From: Tricharina praecox
Lineage: Eukaryota
NCBI RefSeq assembly: GCF_024521635.1
Contig: NW_026250403.1
Span: 1,488,001 to 1,552,000, forward strand
Length of the DNA stretch: 64,000 nucleotides
Direction of reading: 5' to 3'
A program made the position numbers and the translations under genes. Of the stretch, positions 25,839 to 40,000 are shown one piece after another. Positions within the stretch are counted from its first letter, which is position 1, and the number at the start of each line of letters is the position of its first letter. The notes under the pieces were generated by a model. It was not told the origin of the DNA, did not search any database, and worked only from the letters and a program-made list of their open reading frames with translations.

Positions 25839-27792
25839 ATGTGGGATACAGGAAAGATTGCGGATGCGCCGAGTGGGTCGGCCAGCGTGCAGGCCCACGG
25901 TCCCGTCAGGACAGATGCCATCGCGGCGGTTTGTGAGTTCACCTAAGTTCTAACTAGCCTCGACACTCCAGCAACGGGGGCGGCAGCGGCTGATACGTAT
26001 TCCGCACGCAGTGGATGGCGAGGTCTTTGAGCAGACTACAGACGAACGGCGGCAGATCGGGCTCGTCAGTGCGTGTTTTCTGATCTTCAACCGCATGGTT
26101 GGTACCGGCATCTTTGCAACACCAAGTGCCATTCTCGAGCTGAGTGGGAGCGTGGGCCTCGCACTGCTGCTCTGGGTCGCGGGCATGGCTATCTCGGCGA
26201 CGGGAATGGCGGTCTACCTCGAGTTCGGCACTGCTATTCCTCGGAATGGCGGAGAGGTTAGCTAGAGTGGCACATCCGCAGCAGCCCTCGCAGCCATTGA
26301 CTAATCTCTACTGTGCCCAGAAAAACTATCTCGAATATGTCTACCGACATCCCAAGTTCCTCGCGACGGGGATGTTTGCTTCGTACGTGTTCCTGCTCGG
26401 ATGGGCGGGATCCAACAGCGTCGTCTTTGGCGAATACATCCTCCACGCCGCGAATGTCGAAGTCGACCGCTGGAACCAGAGGGGCGTCGGATTGGCATGC
26501 ATCACCTCGGCGTTCTTGATCCACGGACTGGCGCTGAAGTGGGGACTCCGGCTCCAGAACTTCTTGGGCATCGTCAAGCTGTTGATCATTCTGATCATCG
26601 TTGTGTCCGGTTGGGCGGCTCTGGGAGGTGTATTGAAAGTCGAAAAGCCAGACAACTTCTCGAATGCGTTTGCTGGAACTACCAATAGTGCTTACGGCGT
26701 GGTCAACGCCCTCTACAATGTCATGTGGTCGTTCATTGGTTACTCGAACGCAAACTATGTATGTACGGTTCGGTCTTCTGGATCCCTAAAGCTGACATTT
26801 CCAGGCCTTGAGCGAGACGCGGAATCCAGTGCGAACTCTTAAAATCGCGGCACCGTTGGCTCTGCTACTCGTGGGAATACTATACATGCTGGTTAATATT
26901 GCATACTGTGGGTTTCCAACTGTGCTATGGCTTGAGATTTACTCTCGCTGACTGATGCAGTTGCTGCCGTACCAAAGGAAGAGATCCTGTCATCTGGCCG
27001 TATCCTTGCCGCGTCGTTCTTCAGGAATGTCTTTGGCGGAACAGCCGAAAGAGCTCTTAGTGTCTTCGTCGCGCTATCGGCGTTTGGCAACGTGCTCAGC
27101 GTTATATTCTCGCAAGGACGAAGTAAGGCCGCCGATCCCCCGTTGACAATCCAGATGCTAATCGACTTCTTCTTATAGTTGTTCAGGAGCTTGGACGTGA
27201 GGGCGTCCTTCCTTTCTCTGGATTCTTCGCATCCAACAAGCCTTTTGATGCCCCGCTTGCCGGTCTCTTCGAGCACTGGCTGGTTTCGGTCATCATCATG
27301 CTTGCTCCACCTCCCGGTGATGCCTACAGTACATCCCCCCCACGCCCTTGATAATGAACCGTACAAAACGACTAACGCATGCCAGATTTCATCCTAAACG
27401 TGATTACGTACCCGCTCTCGATCGTCAACTTCTTCGTGTCGGCAGGTCTGATCTACATCTACCTGAACAAGTCGTCATTCCCGGACTTCAAGCCAGCGAT
27501 CAAAGCGACCCTCCCAATCGCCGTGATCTTCAACCTCGCCAACGTATACCTCATCGCGGCACCGTTCGTGCCTCCCGCCAACGGCGGGAACATCTACGAC
27601 CACTTGCCGTACTGGCTGCATTGCATAGTGGGCATCGCGTTTTTGGCCGCCGGAGCGGTGTATTGGCTCTTCTGGGCTGTCGTGCTGCCGAAGATGGGGG
27701 GCTATACGCTCGTTAGGGAGACGGTCGTTCAGAGGGATGGCTGGAGTAGGAATGTCTTCTCGAGGTTGTATCCGGGTGGGGTGAAGAAGTAG
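25839..27792 (+). CDS. MUP1: High-affinity methionine permease-like APC/LAT amino acid transporter
   Basis: RRQIGLVSACFLIFNRMVGTGIFATPS, YLEFGTAIPRNGGE(KNYLEY), WSFIGYSNANY and VQELGREGVLP across several exons. The start codon is approximate. Confidence 0.85.
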
Positions 27793-28402
27793 TACATACA
27801 GAGGCGGCGTTTGTTGTAAATAGATTTGTTTGAGGTCCGTGATACCAGTTTAGACTATAGACTACTAAATGAGATGATGATTTCACTTCGATTTTGGGTG
27901 TGCATACTAGTAATTCTGGGGGTGGGGAGGAGGGTGACAGGTGTAAAGTAAACCTTCCGTAGACTGGCCTTAAATATGCAGCAATATTCTTCCGCCGTCT
28001 GAGAAGTTGCCTCTACTCGTTGGACACTGATTGCTCCTGGACCAAGTCCTGGATGTGGGGCCAGACTGTGGGTAGGTACCGTGAGTGATGAGTGTGAAAA
28101 CCGAGTGAGAATAGGGAGTTGATGCTGCATCCCCGTGGTTACTACTATGCCTGACACGTGATTCAGGGTTGACGACACTTATTCACGATCACGTCGCGTC
28201 GCCCCGGAACCAACCAACCAACACCAACTACTCATACTCCCATTCACCCCACCCACCACCTCTTATCCAACCCCCACCACCTCCCCTCACTCACCCACTA
28301 GCTCCAACACTCCCTCCACCTCCGCCTCTGCCACATCTCCATATTCTTCAGACACAACTACCTCTTACCACAACTCACTCTACAACTCACACCACAACCA
28401 CC

Positions 28403-29100
28403 ATGGACCACCCGCAAAGATCCCTCGACACTACGCGCCTGCGCCTACAGCAACTAGTTCAATCGCTCGACTCCTTCCGGCGGACCCTAATCCTCAGCAA
28501 GCCGAACGAGCTGCCTCCATGGTGAGCCCCGCACTCCACCCACTCCACGCACACCCCGCCCGCTCACCCCCACCCAGGGAGCAGATGCAATCGCACTTCA
28601 ACGTTCTCTCCTCGACGATGGACTCAGTGACGTCGGCACTGCACACGCACTTCCCATTGCACTCCTCGTCCGCGATGACGACGTACCCCTTACCATCGTT
28701 CCCGGCGTCCACACACGAGATCCTCCTCACGACGCTCCTGACAAAGAAGCCGCCGCCCGAGACGTTCGACCTGGTCTGGTCAGCGCTGCAGGCGCCGGCG
28801 GTCGACGTGCGCGTCGAGGCTTTGTGGGGCTCCGCGGCTAAGATCGTGGGGGACGTGCAGGACAGCAGGGAGTGGGTTGATGTGGTGGTCACGAATGAGG
28901 AGCGGGAGGGGGGCACGGTTAATGAGGACGAGTGGGTCGTGGATGAGGGCGAGGATGATGAGGGAGAGAAGGAGCGGAAGAAGAGGATGGATGCTGAGAT
29001 GGAGGTGCTGCTGGCCGTGCTGAGGTTCGGGGAGACGGGTATTCCCGCTGGTGAGCAGGTGCCGCTGCCGAAGGTGCAGGCTGTGAGAGGTGCGCGTTAG
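28403..29100 (+). CDS. MED8: Mediator subunit Med8
   Basis: SLDTTRLRLQQLVQSLDSF...LPPW, then intron, then EQMQSHFNVLS...YPLPSFPASTHEILLTTLLTKKPPP. Confidence 0.85.
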
Positions 29101-29394
29101 GGATGCGCTCCCCAGTAAGCATGCATGGTTCCGAAATCGGGGGATTGTGGTGTAATCGGTCCACTGGCAACGGGCGATTCTCACGAGAACGAGTGATGGC
29201 TTGCGAGATTCACAAAAACTATTATTCTCGTTGAAGGTGTCATGACTTTTGATATTGCAGATTAATGTCCGGGTATCATTTCGCTTGATCAAACATAAGT
29301 ACATCTAATTTACACGGCCGGCTAGCGCTGAACTGCAGCTGCAGTACTCAAACACCCCTTCCTGCCATCACCAGCGGGCTAGGCCCTCGATATC

Positions 29395-32300
29395 CTAAAT
29401 CTCCAGCATCTCATCCTCCAAGACACCGTAGAGCGCCTCGACGGCGCACGTCAACTCATCCAGACCCTCCGAGATCCTCGCCGTGACCAAGACTGCATTC
29501 GCCGTATTAGCTTTGCCCCATCGTAGGTATCAAACACATGCAGTCGAAAACTTACCGTAAGCGTAAACCATGGCAAAGTCCTCATCGACTTCTCCTTCGG
29601 TCCCTCGCACTTGCGTACGGTATTCGTACAGCTTCGCGAGCAACCTATCGCGCGCCCTGTCCGGACTCGGCAGGTGCTCTGGCACCGGGAAGGCCAAGCG
29701 GATGGAGCTGGCAAGAACATAGAACAAGTGGCTGAGGCGGGCGCAGAGGGCGTCTCGTTCCTGGATCATAGTCAGTTCGCCAGATCGGGGAAACAACCGC
29801 TCCTTCCTATGGGGGGGGGGGAGGATTCACCTTCTTCGTGTGGTTGAGAATATCCGTCTCCCTGCGATTCGCGCGCGGATCCTTTGCGATCATGACGCTC
29901 ATTCCGTGGAACGCATCGAGGATGGCCTGGTTCGCTTTCAAGATGTTCTGGTACTCCTTTGTTGGGAACGGGCCCTTGAGTCTATACTCGTGCGGGGCCG
30001 CCGCAGCCAGGCCATTCAGCCGGATCAGCGCCTTCTGCAGCGATGGCACGTCCGAGATGCTCCTGTACTTCTTCTCGTGCGTGTCCCCGCCGCCGCCGTC
30101 GATGAGGCAGTTCAGCGGGTCCTGGCTCCAGATCAGCGCCATGCGCAGCCACAGCACGCTCAGTCCCTTCCTAAGCTGTGAGCGCGCGCTGAGAGGCCAG
30201 ATCATGCGGTTGATGAAGAGCCCCCAGAGCACGCCCACTGTCACGGCGACGAAGCGGTGCAGTACGATGTCCGAGATGATGGGGTTCACGCCGCCCTCGT
30301 CGTCGTCCGGGTCGTCTTCGTCCGTGTCCGACAGGGAAATCGAGTACGCGTACAGTGCCGACAGGTTGTATGTCAATAAGATAAAGCGTCCAAACGTGGC
30401 TTGCTTCCAGTTGAGGATAATCCAGAAGCACGGCAGAGACACCATCCAGCCGAATATCGGCAGCGCATAGGGGTTCTCGGGAAACGTGATCCAGGCAGCC
30501 AGTGCGAGGACCGCGCCGACCATGGTACCCACAACACGTGCTTCGCCAGAGCTGTTGGTTTGGCCGAGCGTCATGGACATGATGATCATGTAAGAGACGA
30601 GACCCCATTCTCCACGCCATAGTGTGAAGGTCGGCCTTGTGGCAGGAATGAAGGCAGGGGCTGCATACAACGCTGCGCCGACTCCGACTTTCACGCTGAA
30701 CTTGATGTGATCCTGCCGGAGGGCACCTAGCGCTTTCCACAGTTTGTATGTGACCGGGACCTTAGCCTCCGGTGGCAGAACAACGTTTGGAATAGTGCGT
30801 CGTTTTTGCAGAGAATAGATCTGTTCCTGGCTTGGAGTGCGCAGGAGTGCCTCTACATAGAACATAAGCCGAGTCTATCCCATAACGCATCGTGACGACT
30901 TACCTTCCTCCATATCCCTCACGGGCGTCTTCTTCCCCAGCCTCTTCCAAAACTTCAGCCACTCCCACGATCTGACATTGTTCTCCTGGAGCCTTTGCAG
31001 TTCCTCGAGCACACTTAGAAACGTCTTCATCTCCTCGGCAAAGATTGTAAGATTGTACGAGAAGTAGCCACAGCTCGCCGCCATCTCCTCGACATCTGCA
31101 GCAACATCTAGCGATTGCGCCTTGGTGATTACCTCGCCTCGGTAGAGGTTGTTCAGCGCCTCGGCGCGCTTCTCGTTGAACAGATTGATGGCGCTTTCCA
31201 GACTCTCCTTGAAATTCGGGTTCGTTTCGATCCTGTACGCTGGCGCGGGCCCGAACGGCAGCTCGTCGAGCATTTCGCGAAGCGTGTAGGCGAGTGATTT
31301 CTGAACGCGGATTAGAATATCTCATACACAAAATCCTAACGGTTAGACTTACCATAGGGGGACCAAGGTGATAAATGAATTCCTTAAAAACAATAGACGA
31401 TGGCGAGAGCGCATCCTCGTCGGCAGACTCTTCCGCGGGGATATCCGAATCCGAGGTCTCCCCGAACGCCTGCTCGGCGGGCATGTATTCCATGATGGGC
31501 GACGGCGGGGTAAACAGCAGCCTGGCCTCTGCATCTCTCTTCGTCTGGGCATCCAGCGGGATCGGATCCGAGCCCTGGCGCTCGCGGACCTCCTTCAGGA
31601 GCGAGAACTGTGTTATAGCCGCGCTCCGGAGGGCGCCAATGTTCTGCGAGAGGCGCTGCATGCTCTCGACCAACAGCATTTCCGATCTGTGCTGCTTCTC
31701 GGTGCCCAGGACGAAATGCTCATACTTTGCCTCTTTGAGATGCTTGAGTAAGGAACTGAACACCGTGCGGTGGCTGGCTTCGATCGATGCGAACTTGAAG
31801 CTGTCGATATCCTCGTTCGAGCCGCGCAGAAAGCTGTGGGTGATCCCCCCGAGCGATCCCGAGAACGCATCCATCGAGTCGATCATGAGCTGGCGGAGCT
31901 CGCTGACGGCCGAGGTCGGCCACAGGGCGAAGGATACAAAGTATGATACGCCGATTGCCATCAGCAGGATCATCGATACTTGCGCGATTTTCCCCGCGTT
32001 GAAGTGGCCGAGTTGCACGGAGCCTTGAGCAAATCAGAAACAGAAATCAGACAGACTACGAGTTGGATGAGCACCTTCTTTGGTCAGGATCGTGATGATC
32101 GATATGGAAGCCATCGAGCACGCCACATTGACGGTAGGATGGGCCTTCGTATGTTTGACATAACCAATTACTCCCAGACCGCCGCCGCAAAAGATGATGA
32201 GGATCAACGCGTGGCCTTTTATAAAAATCAGCCACTGCCCAGAAAAGTTCCGGCTCACTTGGCGGATTACCTAGTTCTATAAGATCCATACTGGCAAACA

Positions 32301-33339
32301 AAACCGACAGTCCCATACTGCAAGATAATCAGACCTCCGCTGAAAAAAAGACGTGGACTTTCCCCGCCGACGACGACTTACCTGCCGAAAGAAACAAGCA
32401 TACTGTAGCCAAACGCTATGAGGGCATATATCGTTGCTTGATGCATACTTCCCGCAGTCCTCGCTAGTAGTCGACCACACATCAGTCAACCGTATGCCCC
32501 ACACATCACCATTCCGCCATGTCCGCCATGTCCGCATACCTGGATGGAAGTAACAAGCAAACGTAGCAACCTGCGTAGTTTCGTAACCCGTCAGAAACCA
32601 CCCAACAACCATCCGCATTCTCGCTCGCTCGAAGAGACCCACCAAATGTTTGCCATCATAATGCCCCAGCAACCTCGAAATCGGCGTAACGTATCTGTCT
32701 CCCTTCCATCAGCCCCCCTTCCCCAGCCTCCAGCCTCCCCAGCCTACCACGGGCAAAGAAGAGGAAGAATAACGCACGTCGCCAAACTGCCAATAAAATA
32801 CGCCAGCGAGCACTTAAGCACCATCTTCGCCTTCCTGCTATTGGCAAACCTCCAAGCCTTCGCTCCGAGCCGGCGGATGCCGGCACCGGTAGCGCGCACC
32901 ACACTCCCATTCACGTTCCCCGACGACACGCTCGCGCGCCCAAACAGCGAGCTCGTCTCCGACGGCTCCGGGACGCGGGGGGAGTGCTGTCTTTTTGTTT
33001 TCGCACCCTGTTTAGCTACACCCCACAGCACAGCAGAAGAAGAAGAAGGAGGGGGGGGGGGGGGGGGGCGGTACTCAGGAGCCAGCGTGTAGCTGCGATC
33101 TTGCACGCGCGTGTTGGTCGACGGAATGATGACGGAGGATTTTCGGCTCTATGGGCGGCGAGACACACGGACACACGCACGTGAGCCTCTGAACGGGTGG
33201 GGGATGTTTTTACGGTAGGCACATGGGCGCGCGAGCGCGGAAAACTTACCGGTCCGCGATTGAAGCGTTGCGCTCCTGCGCCGCTGAGACCGCCACCGCT
33301 CGACGGCGCGCTTATCGAGCCGTACGTGACTCCGGACAT
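29395..33339 (-). CDS. Aromatic acid exporter / fusaric-acid-resistance-like (ArAE_2/FUSC) multi-pass membrane protein
   Basis: MVLKCSLAYFIGSLAT, YFHPARTAGSM, FSVKVGVGAALYA...WRGEWGLVSY and EYRLKGPFP. Many short exons between 32050 and 32800. Confidence 0.85.
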
Positions 33340-33359
33340 TGTTGCTGCTTTGCTGCTGT

Positions 33360-33360
<1 letters not shown>

Positions 33361-33406
<46 letters not shown>

Positions 33407-33420
33407 AAACTCACACACAC
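33361..33420. repeat. Compound (CT)n(CA)n microsatellite just upstream of the ArAE gene start
   Basis: ctctctctct cacacacaca... seen directly. Confidence 0.9.
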
Positions 33421-34302
33421 GCGTCAGGCGGGGGAGGGGGAGGGGGCGGGGGGCGAAAATGGACGAGACGACCGAAACACACAACAAAAGGATGGTTTGG
33501 ATTGAGTGGGAGTTTGCTGCTGCTGCTGGCTGCTCTCGCGGCGACGGCGGCGGCAGGGAGTCAAAACTTGATGATGACTGCTTCCAAGTTCCATGCGATG
33601 GGATGGGATTTGCAGGGTGCGCACTGCCCAGGGATTTGCAGGGTGTCCAGGCCCGGCGTGCAGGGACCACGGATGGAGTGATCGACACCGTTAGTTCCCG
33701 TTAGGGAGGCTTGACTCTCGACTCTCTCTAGACTCTCTTGGCTCTAGTTGGAGTAAGCACGACAACATTCTGCCGATAATAATAATCGCGATAACTATCG
33801 GTGATGTCGGTGGTACATATCGTCTGGGTGGTGGAGGCGGGGCGGGGGCGGGGGTGTGGGAAACTACTCCAGGCATCTACATACAAGTTTCTAAATACAG
33901 AAGGTCTGATTATCTACTAAAGCTCAATAACCAACCTGGTGATCTCGGGGGCACTCCGAAAGATCCTCTATGTAGAGTACAGGAGCTCGACTGATCCTCC
34001 AAGAGCCTGGGCAAACCATCGACTCGTAGTTCGATCGTGAGCTCACCAAGCCATGCAGCGTCCTACGCGAGCGGCAGGTAGCACGAGCTTATTTTCTCAT
34101 CACCACGTCTCACCACGCGTAAGCATCATCACCCGATTCACAAGAGTGGGGCAATAGTTGATTATTCACTTCGTAAATCGTCAAGCAAGGCAAAGTAAAC
34201 TACTACTATATTCGCTCTCTTCAGAAAAACAACATCGCCTTCTTAAAAAGTCGCAAACAACAAAAAAACCAGGTCCAGATCATGCTTCTAAAAGTCCGTG
34301 AA

Positions 34303-36723
34303 TCATTCCTTGTTTTCCGAGTCGGTGTCGTTCTCGCGACCTTCGACACCACGGTCAAAGTGGTACAGCGGCTCAAGTCTCGCAGTCTTGTTCCTCAAGA
34401 TGTAGCGCTTGACCCACCACGGCAAAGCCTTGGTAGTCTGGTAGCTCATGAACTTTCTGAGAGGAACGGCAAAGACGTAATCCAACTCTTCAAGTGTCCT
34501 CTGCTTGGTCTCGGGAACCTGAATCGCAAAAGATTAGCGGATGTCGTAGCAACAGTCTAGCCCGTTGGGGGGTGTGTGAACTTACGAGCAGGAAGATCAT
34601 GACGAACGCGCACACGTTCAGTCCGGCATAGAAGCCAAAGGCACCAACCGGCGAGAATGCGGCTAGCAATCGTGGGAAGGTGATGGAAAGGACGGCCGCC
34701 CAGAACAGGCAAGTGGCGACGGCGAAGCCCATTCCAACCTCTCTGTGAGACAAGGGGAAAACCTCGGCACTGTAGGTGAAGGGCACGGGTCCTTCACCGG
34801 GCGAGTAGAAAGCGGCGAACAGGAAGATGAAGAACGCAATGAGCCCCAGATGCGCCTTGCTTCCCTCCGGGATGTAGAAACAGAAACCAGCAGCGAGAAG
34901 TGTCCATGCCATTTGAGGGAAGGTGAAGAGCAGCAGTGTTCGTCGTCCGTACGTGTCGATGGTGAAGATAGCAGGCCATGCGAAAACGAAGTTCACCGCT
35001 CCGAAACCGAGAGAAGCCAACAAGGCCTCCTTGTTGGAGGCACCAGCCTGAACGAAGATCGTGGAGGAGTAGAAAGCTGTGAGAAAGGATTAGCTTGATG
35101 GGGCTATCTGGGAATTCTGGGGGTTGCATACCAATGATGTTGATACCGCACATCTGCTGGGCAATCATGACGGTGAAGGCGGCCAGGGTAGCTCTGCGGA
35201 TACGAGGAACGGTGAAGAGCTCGATGAATCTTGTCGCGTAGTTGGTCTTGCCGATGATGGCGGACTCAACCTCCAACTGTGCATAGATGTAATACAGATC
35301 ACTGCGAAGAAGGTCAGTAGGTGCACGAGGTAAGTATGTAACCCCGCCGATCAAACCTACCGAGCTGCTTGAAGTTCCGAGTTTCGGAGTCGCTTGAGGG
35401 AGCGGTAAGCATCCTGGTATCTCTTCTTCTTGATGTACCAGCGAGGCGACTCCGGGCAGAAGTATATGCCGACCGTGAGAGGGATAGCGGGAATGAATGC
35501 AGAACCGATTTGCAGGCGCCAGGCAATCTTTCCAACATCGAAAACGGCTAGATTGGCACAGAAACCCAGAAGGATGCCGAATGCTGTCCACATTTGCCTG
35601 CATCTTCTATCAGCAACCGTACGTTTCTTTTCTTCTTTCTTTTTGGGGAGATCTCAATCCGAAGCACATACCAACTCATGACCAGAGCTCCACGAATGAC
35701 GGCGGGTGCGTTCTCGGCAGCGAAAATTGGAACGCAAGCGCCCTTCAGGCCCATTCCGATACCCATTAGAATACGTGTGATGAAAAGTTGTTCCCATGAA
35801 CGCGAGATTGCTCCTCCGATAGGTGTAATCAAGCAGAAAATGGCCGAGATGAAGATTGTACCGCGACGTCCGATGTAGAAGTTGATGGGGTCCGAGAGCC
35901 AGCATCCACTGTCGTACAGTCAGCCAATCTGGTCCACTACCCTCAAAACAACAACCCGATATGTATAGGATGGTACGCACATGAAAGCAGATCCGATGTA
36001 AGGGGCGGCATTGACCAAGCCCACGAGCCAATTGTCCCTGTCGTGGTTGGGTTGAGTTGGGTCATCGCCATGGCCGATACCGAATTCTTTGGGGAAACTG
36101 AGGTTTGCGCCGTTGGAACCAGTCTACAGCGGGGGAACCGGTAATCAGCATCGCCAATCCACTTCACCTCGAAATTGCCACTCGGGGGTGGGGGGGAAGT
36201 AGCGTACCTGATCCCATCCTTGGACAGCAGCTCCGATCGAACAGATGATGATGGTCATGTACAGTGCGTTGGGGTGCTTCCACTTGTGTGAGATTTCGAA
36301 GCGGAGATGTTCCTTCTCCTCCTCGGTGAGCTCCTTGACGGACTCGAAGTTTGCCGGATCCTGGGCAACCAGAGCGCCCCGCTGCAGCAGTCCCGTAGCC
36401 TCCTCCAGGCCATGCTCGGTCGCAAAGGCAGAGACGTCACGCATCAGCTGCTCGCGAGGAATATCGGCCAATGGGTTCTGGATCCTATTCGGGAGAGAGC
36501 GAGAGCGTCAGTCACCTCTGCACTACCAACCAACCAACCAACCAACCAACCAACCAACCAACCAACCAACCACCCGTCGACGCATGCCTCCGAGTGAGTG
36601 AGCAAGGGGGACTTACTTGGCCTCGACATTCTTGTTGAGGTCGACATGGGCCACGCCGCCGCGATGTTCGGCGATGGCGGCATCATGATGGTGGGTCGCC
36701 GGCTCAATCTTTTCGTCTGCCAT
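34303..36723 (-). CDS. MFS sugar porter (myo-inositol/polyol:H+ symporter-like)
   Basis: [53 protein letters not shown] and [12 protein letters not shown]. About 8 introns. Confidence 0.93.
36525..36573. repeat. (ACCA)n tetranucleotide microsatellite inside the first intron of the sugar porter
   Basis: accaaccaaccaacc... seen directly. Confidence 0.9.
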
Positions 36724-39681
36724 GGTTCCGGATGTTTGATGTGTCTGTGGGCGCAGACAGTGGACGGGATGGTGAGATACAACGAAAGGATGAAAGTGAA
36801 TGCGCGGGGTGGGGAGGAATATATACCCCCTGCTGCGGACGGCCGAGAGAGAGCGAGACAGCGAGGGAGGGAGAGGGAGATACAGAGAGTGGAGGCTCGA
36901 CTACGGCATGGGAGACCGGGAATGCAGATGCACATTGAATTCTACATACGGGGGTCGCACAGGATGCCGGCTAGTATTCAGAGACAGGCTAACTACCTAA
37001 GCCAAGCTGCACACATAGAGCAGAGCAAAACGAATCATATTTCCCGATTGATTGCATGACACACGAGCGAGCGTGTATATGGAGCATGGGGTGGATTCCT
37101 GGAAGCGGAGCATACAGGAAACTGGACCAAGGAGGCAGGTGGCGAGAACAACGGTGGTGGTTAGTGGTGGTGATGGTGATGGTGATGGAGGTGAATGGAG
37201 GCGGTGGTGGGATGTGGAATCGACGGGTCCCCAGTAACTAGAATAGTACCTAGCCTGCAAGTTGCAACGTCGAGAGCTCTCCGCAGTAGTGGCCTCCATC
37301 ACTGTCGACAGGCAAGCACTGATGATCCGCCGAGTGTGTGTAGGGTCCTAGTTAGCATGATAGTAGAGTGGGTATGGAGGATGCTTCGGCCTGCAGGAAG
37401 CGGCGGCGCTTTCGAAACCTGCGCGATTGCACATGCGGCAGCCACTGAACGCCATGCATACGGATGCGTTACCGCATATCGTACCTGTTCTACGCCTTGG
37501 CTGTGGCCACAAGTAAGATGTAGTTATCGCACAGCGATGGAAGCAAAGCAAGCCTTCCAAAGTTGCGAGGGACACACATGGCCGGCACTGGGCAGACTGC
37601 AGAACCGCCCTGCCCAGCATCTACTGCGCATGCGTGAATTCGAAGTTTTGCACTCTTGCTCGCCACCGCCATCACCACCTCCACCGCCATCACCACCACT
37701 ACCTGCTATGTACGGCCAGAATCCAGCTGTGTTACGGAGCGGGGAACCCGACTGACTACCTACGCCGCTAGTAACGTTACTGCCTGGACTCTTGGAGATT
37801 CTGGCCCGGTCGAATCCAGCCGTACCGGTGTCGATCACCGTGGGGTCTTGGGGGCTAGAGTAGTTAGAGTAGAGTACCTAGTGTATCGGTAAATAAGTTG
37901 GAGTAAGTAATTAGGGACTTGGGGACTTCGTTAAGAGTACGATAGGTGGCTTAGGTTGAGTGCCTACATCGAGAGTGGAGTCGATAAGCAATTGGACTAT
38001 TTACCACTATGTACTTTGCGTATATACCAGTAGCGGCACTTCTACGCTGTATACACACCCAGCCTCCAGGTAGGTAGATACAGGTACCCAAGTACTTGCG
38101 TGGGTACATACGCTTACACTGCTCATCATGATACCGAGAACCGGTCTCGGATTCCTGCTGATCGACCAGAGTTGCGGAGAGCAACCTCAGAACTCGGGGG
38201 GGCAGTTGAAGGGTGAGTCGAGAAAGCAACATGGGAATGCCCATCATCATCCACCATGCGCAGCATCATTCGCAGCAGCAACAGCAGCAGTAGCAGAATC
38301 CCCACATCCCAGATCGCTCGGATGTCAATGTTCTCGTATGACTTGCGTGCGCGTCCGCATTCCCCACGAAAGGGAAGAATACAGCTGGGGAATGCCCGTC
38401 TGGAGGGGATTCCGACACAAGGGTGTATCCCTACTCCCTCCCTCCAGAGTCCCATCTACTATATCTATCGCATGCGTGCCAACAAGGCGAGAGGATGCAT
38501 GTATCATACACATATGTTCACACATAGCATGGCATAGCATGGAATAGAGTAAGTAGTACCCTACCTACGTTCCTACCTGCATACATCTTACTTACTCTAC
38601 CGACGGCACTCTAAACTGTGAAGGAAGAAAAAAAAACGCACAGTCCGTTCAGTGATCATCGTTCGGTTCAGTTACTGGGGTGTATGGGGGTGTGGGAAGG
38701 ATGGGGGCTTGAAGACACCCCGATAGCACTGCACATGTCTAGGGTACATATGATACACACATACGCTCGCACTCTATGTACGGAGTAAATGACGGCCCCG
38801 CCTTCGGCTCGCATACGGATTGGCTCACTTTTGACGCAGCCGGGCTGCGGCGGCGGGGAGGCGGGGAGAGGCCTGGAGCCTGGAGCCTGGAGGGGAGGGG
38901 GGGGGGGGGGGTGTGGCAAGGTGGGAGACGGTACCCGTGACATCTGCGCGTAAGCCCCCCCTCCCACCCTGGAAATTATCCGCAATCGGCAGGTGAACCG
39001 CTTTCCGCGAATCGAAAAATCAAGGATGAGCGAAAAAAAGGCGGCAGGTGGAATATTTCCGCGAATAAAGGATTAGCTGAAGAAAGAAGAAGCCGGGCGG
39101 CGCTGTGATGTGCCTTGGTATCGGGTGTTTGCCTGGCTGTCCGTCTGGCTGTCTGTCCGTCCGTCCGCCTGTCTCGGTGGTGGTGGTGCGGGTGCGGGTG
39201 TGGAGGTGGCCCAGGGAAGTGGCATAGCGGCATAGCCTCGTCAAACGTACCGGTAGTCTACTCTTCAGGCCGAACATTGAAAGGTTCATTGTGCATCACT
39301 CGCCACGTGCAACGTGCCACAGCGGTTTTTGCGCACCTCGGCTGCACGATGCCGCAGCGGACGACGACAAATCAGCCGCTAAGGTACTCGGGCAGGCTTA
39401 CTTCGAGGCTTCCGCAGTGCGCACCTCCTCCTCCTCCTCCTCTGACGACGACGAAAAGGCCATCTCACTTCCTGTTCACAAACCTGACGCCTAGAAGAAG
39501 AAGAAGAACGCAACACCAGGAATAAGAACGATCCCACAGAAAAAACAAAAGTCAAACATAAAAAACAAAAAGTCACCAACAAGTACGGTACGAAAGCCGC
39601 TCGACCGATTCGTCCCCGAGGGTATCGACCGTGGAGCCACCACCACCACCACCACCACCACCACCACCCGCCAATCCGGCG

Positions 39682-39735
39682 TCAGCATGGATCCCGACTC
39701 AGCATGGATCCCGACTCAGCATGGATTCCGGCTCA
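39682..39735. repeat. 17-bp tandem repeat x3 (TCAGCATGGATCCCGAC)
   Basis: Two identical copies and one copy with 2 changes. Confidence 0.9.
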
Positions 39736-39870
39736 CTCAAACTTAGGGATGTGCAAGTTGCAAGTTGCAACCGTCCTCCGTCAGCAGCAGCAGAGCGGGC
39801 CATCCACACATACATACGGTAGGTATGTTCAATGCAAGTATTGTGATACGTCAGAAGACCCGTCTTCTTG

Positions 39871-40000
39871 TTCTTCTGCTTCTTCTGCTTCTTCTTCTGC
39901 TTCTTCTTCTGCTTCTTCTTCTGCTTCTTCTTCTGCTTCTTCTTCTGCTTCTTCTTCTGCTTCTTCTTCTGCTTCTTCTTCTGCTTCTTCTTCTGCTTCT
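39871..40000. repeat. 12-bp minisatellite (TTCTTCTTCTGC)n, about 10 copies
   Basis: Near-perfect array seen directly. It explains the poly-Leu, EEEA and KKKQ pseudo-ORFs. Confidence 0.95.
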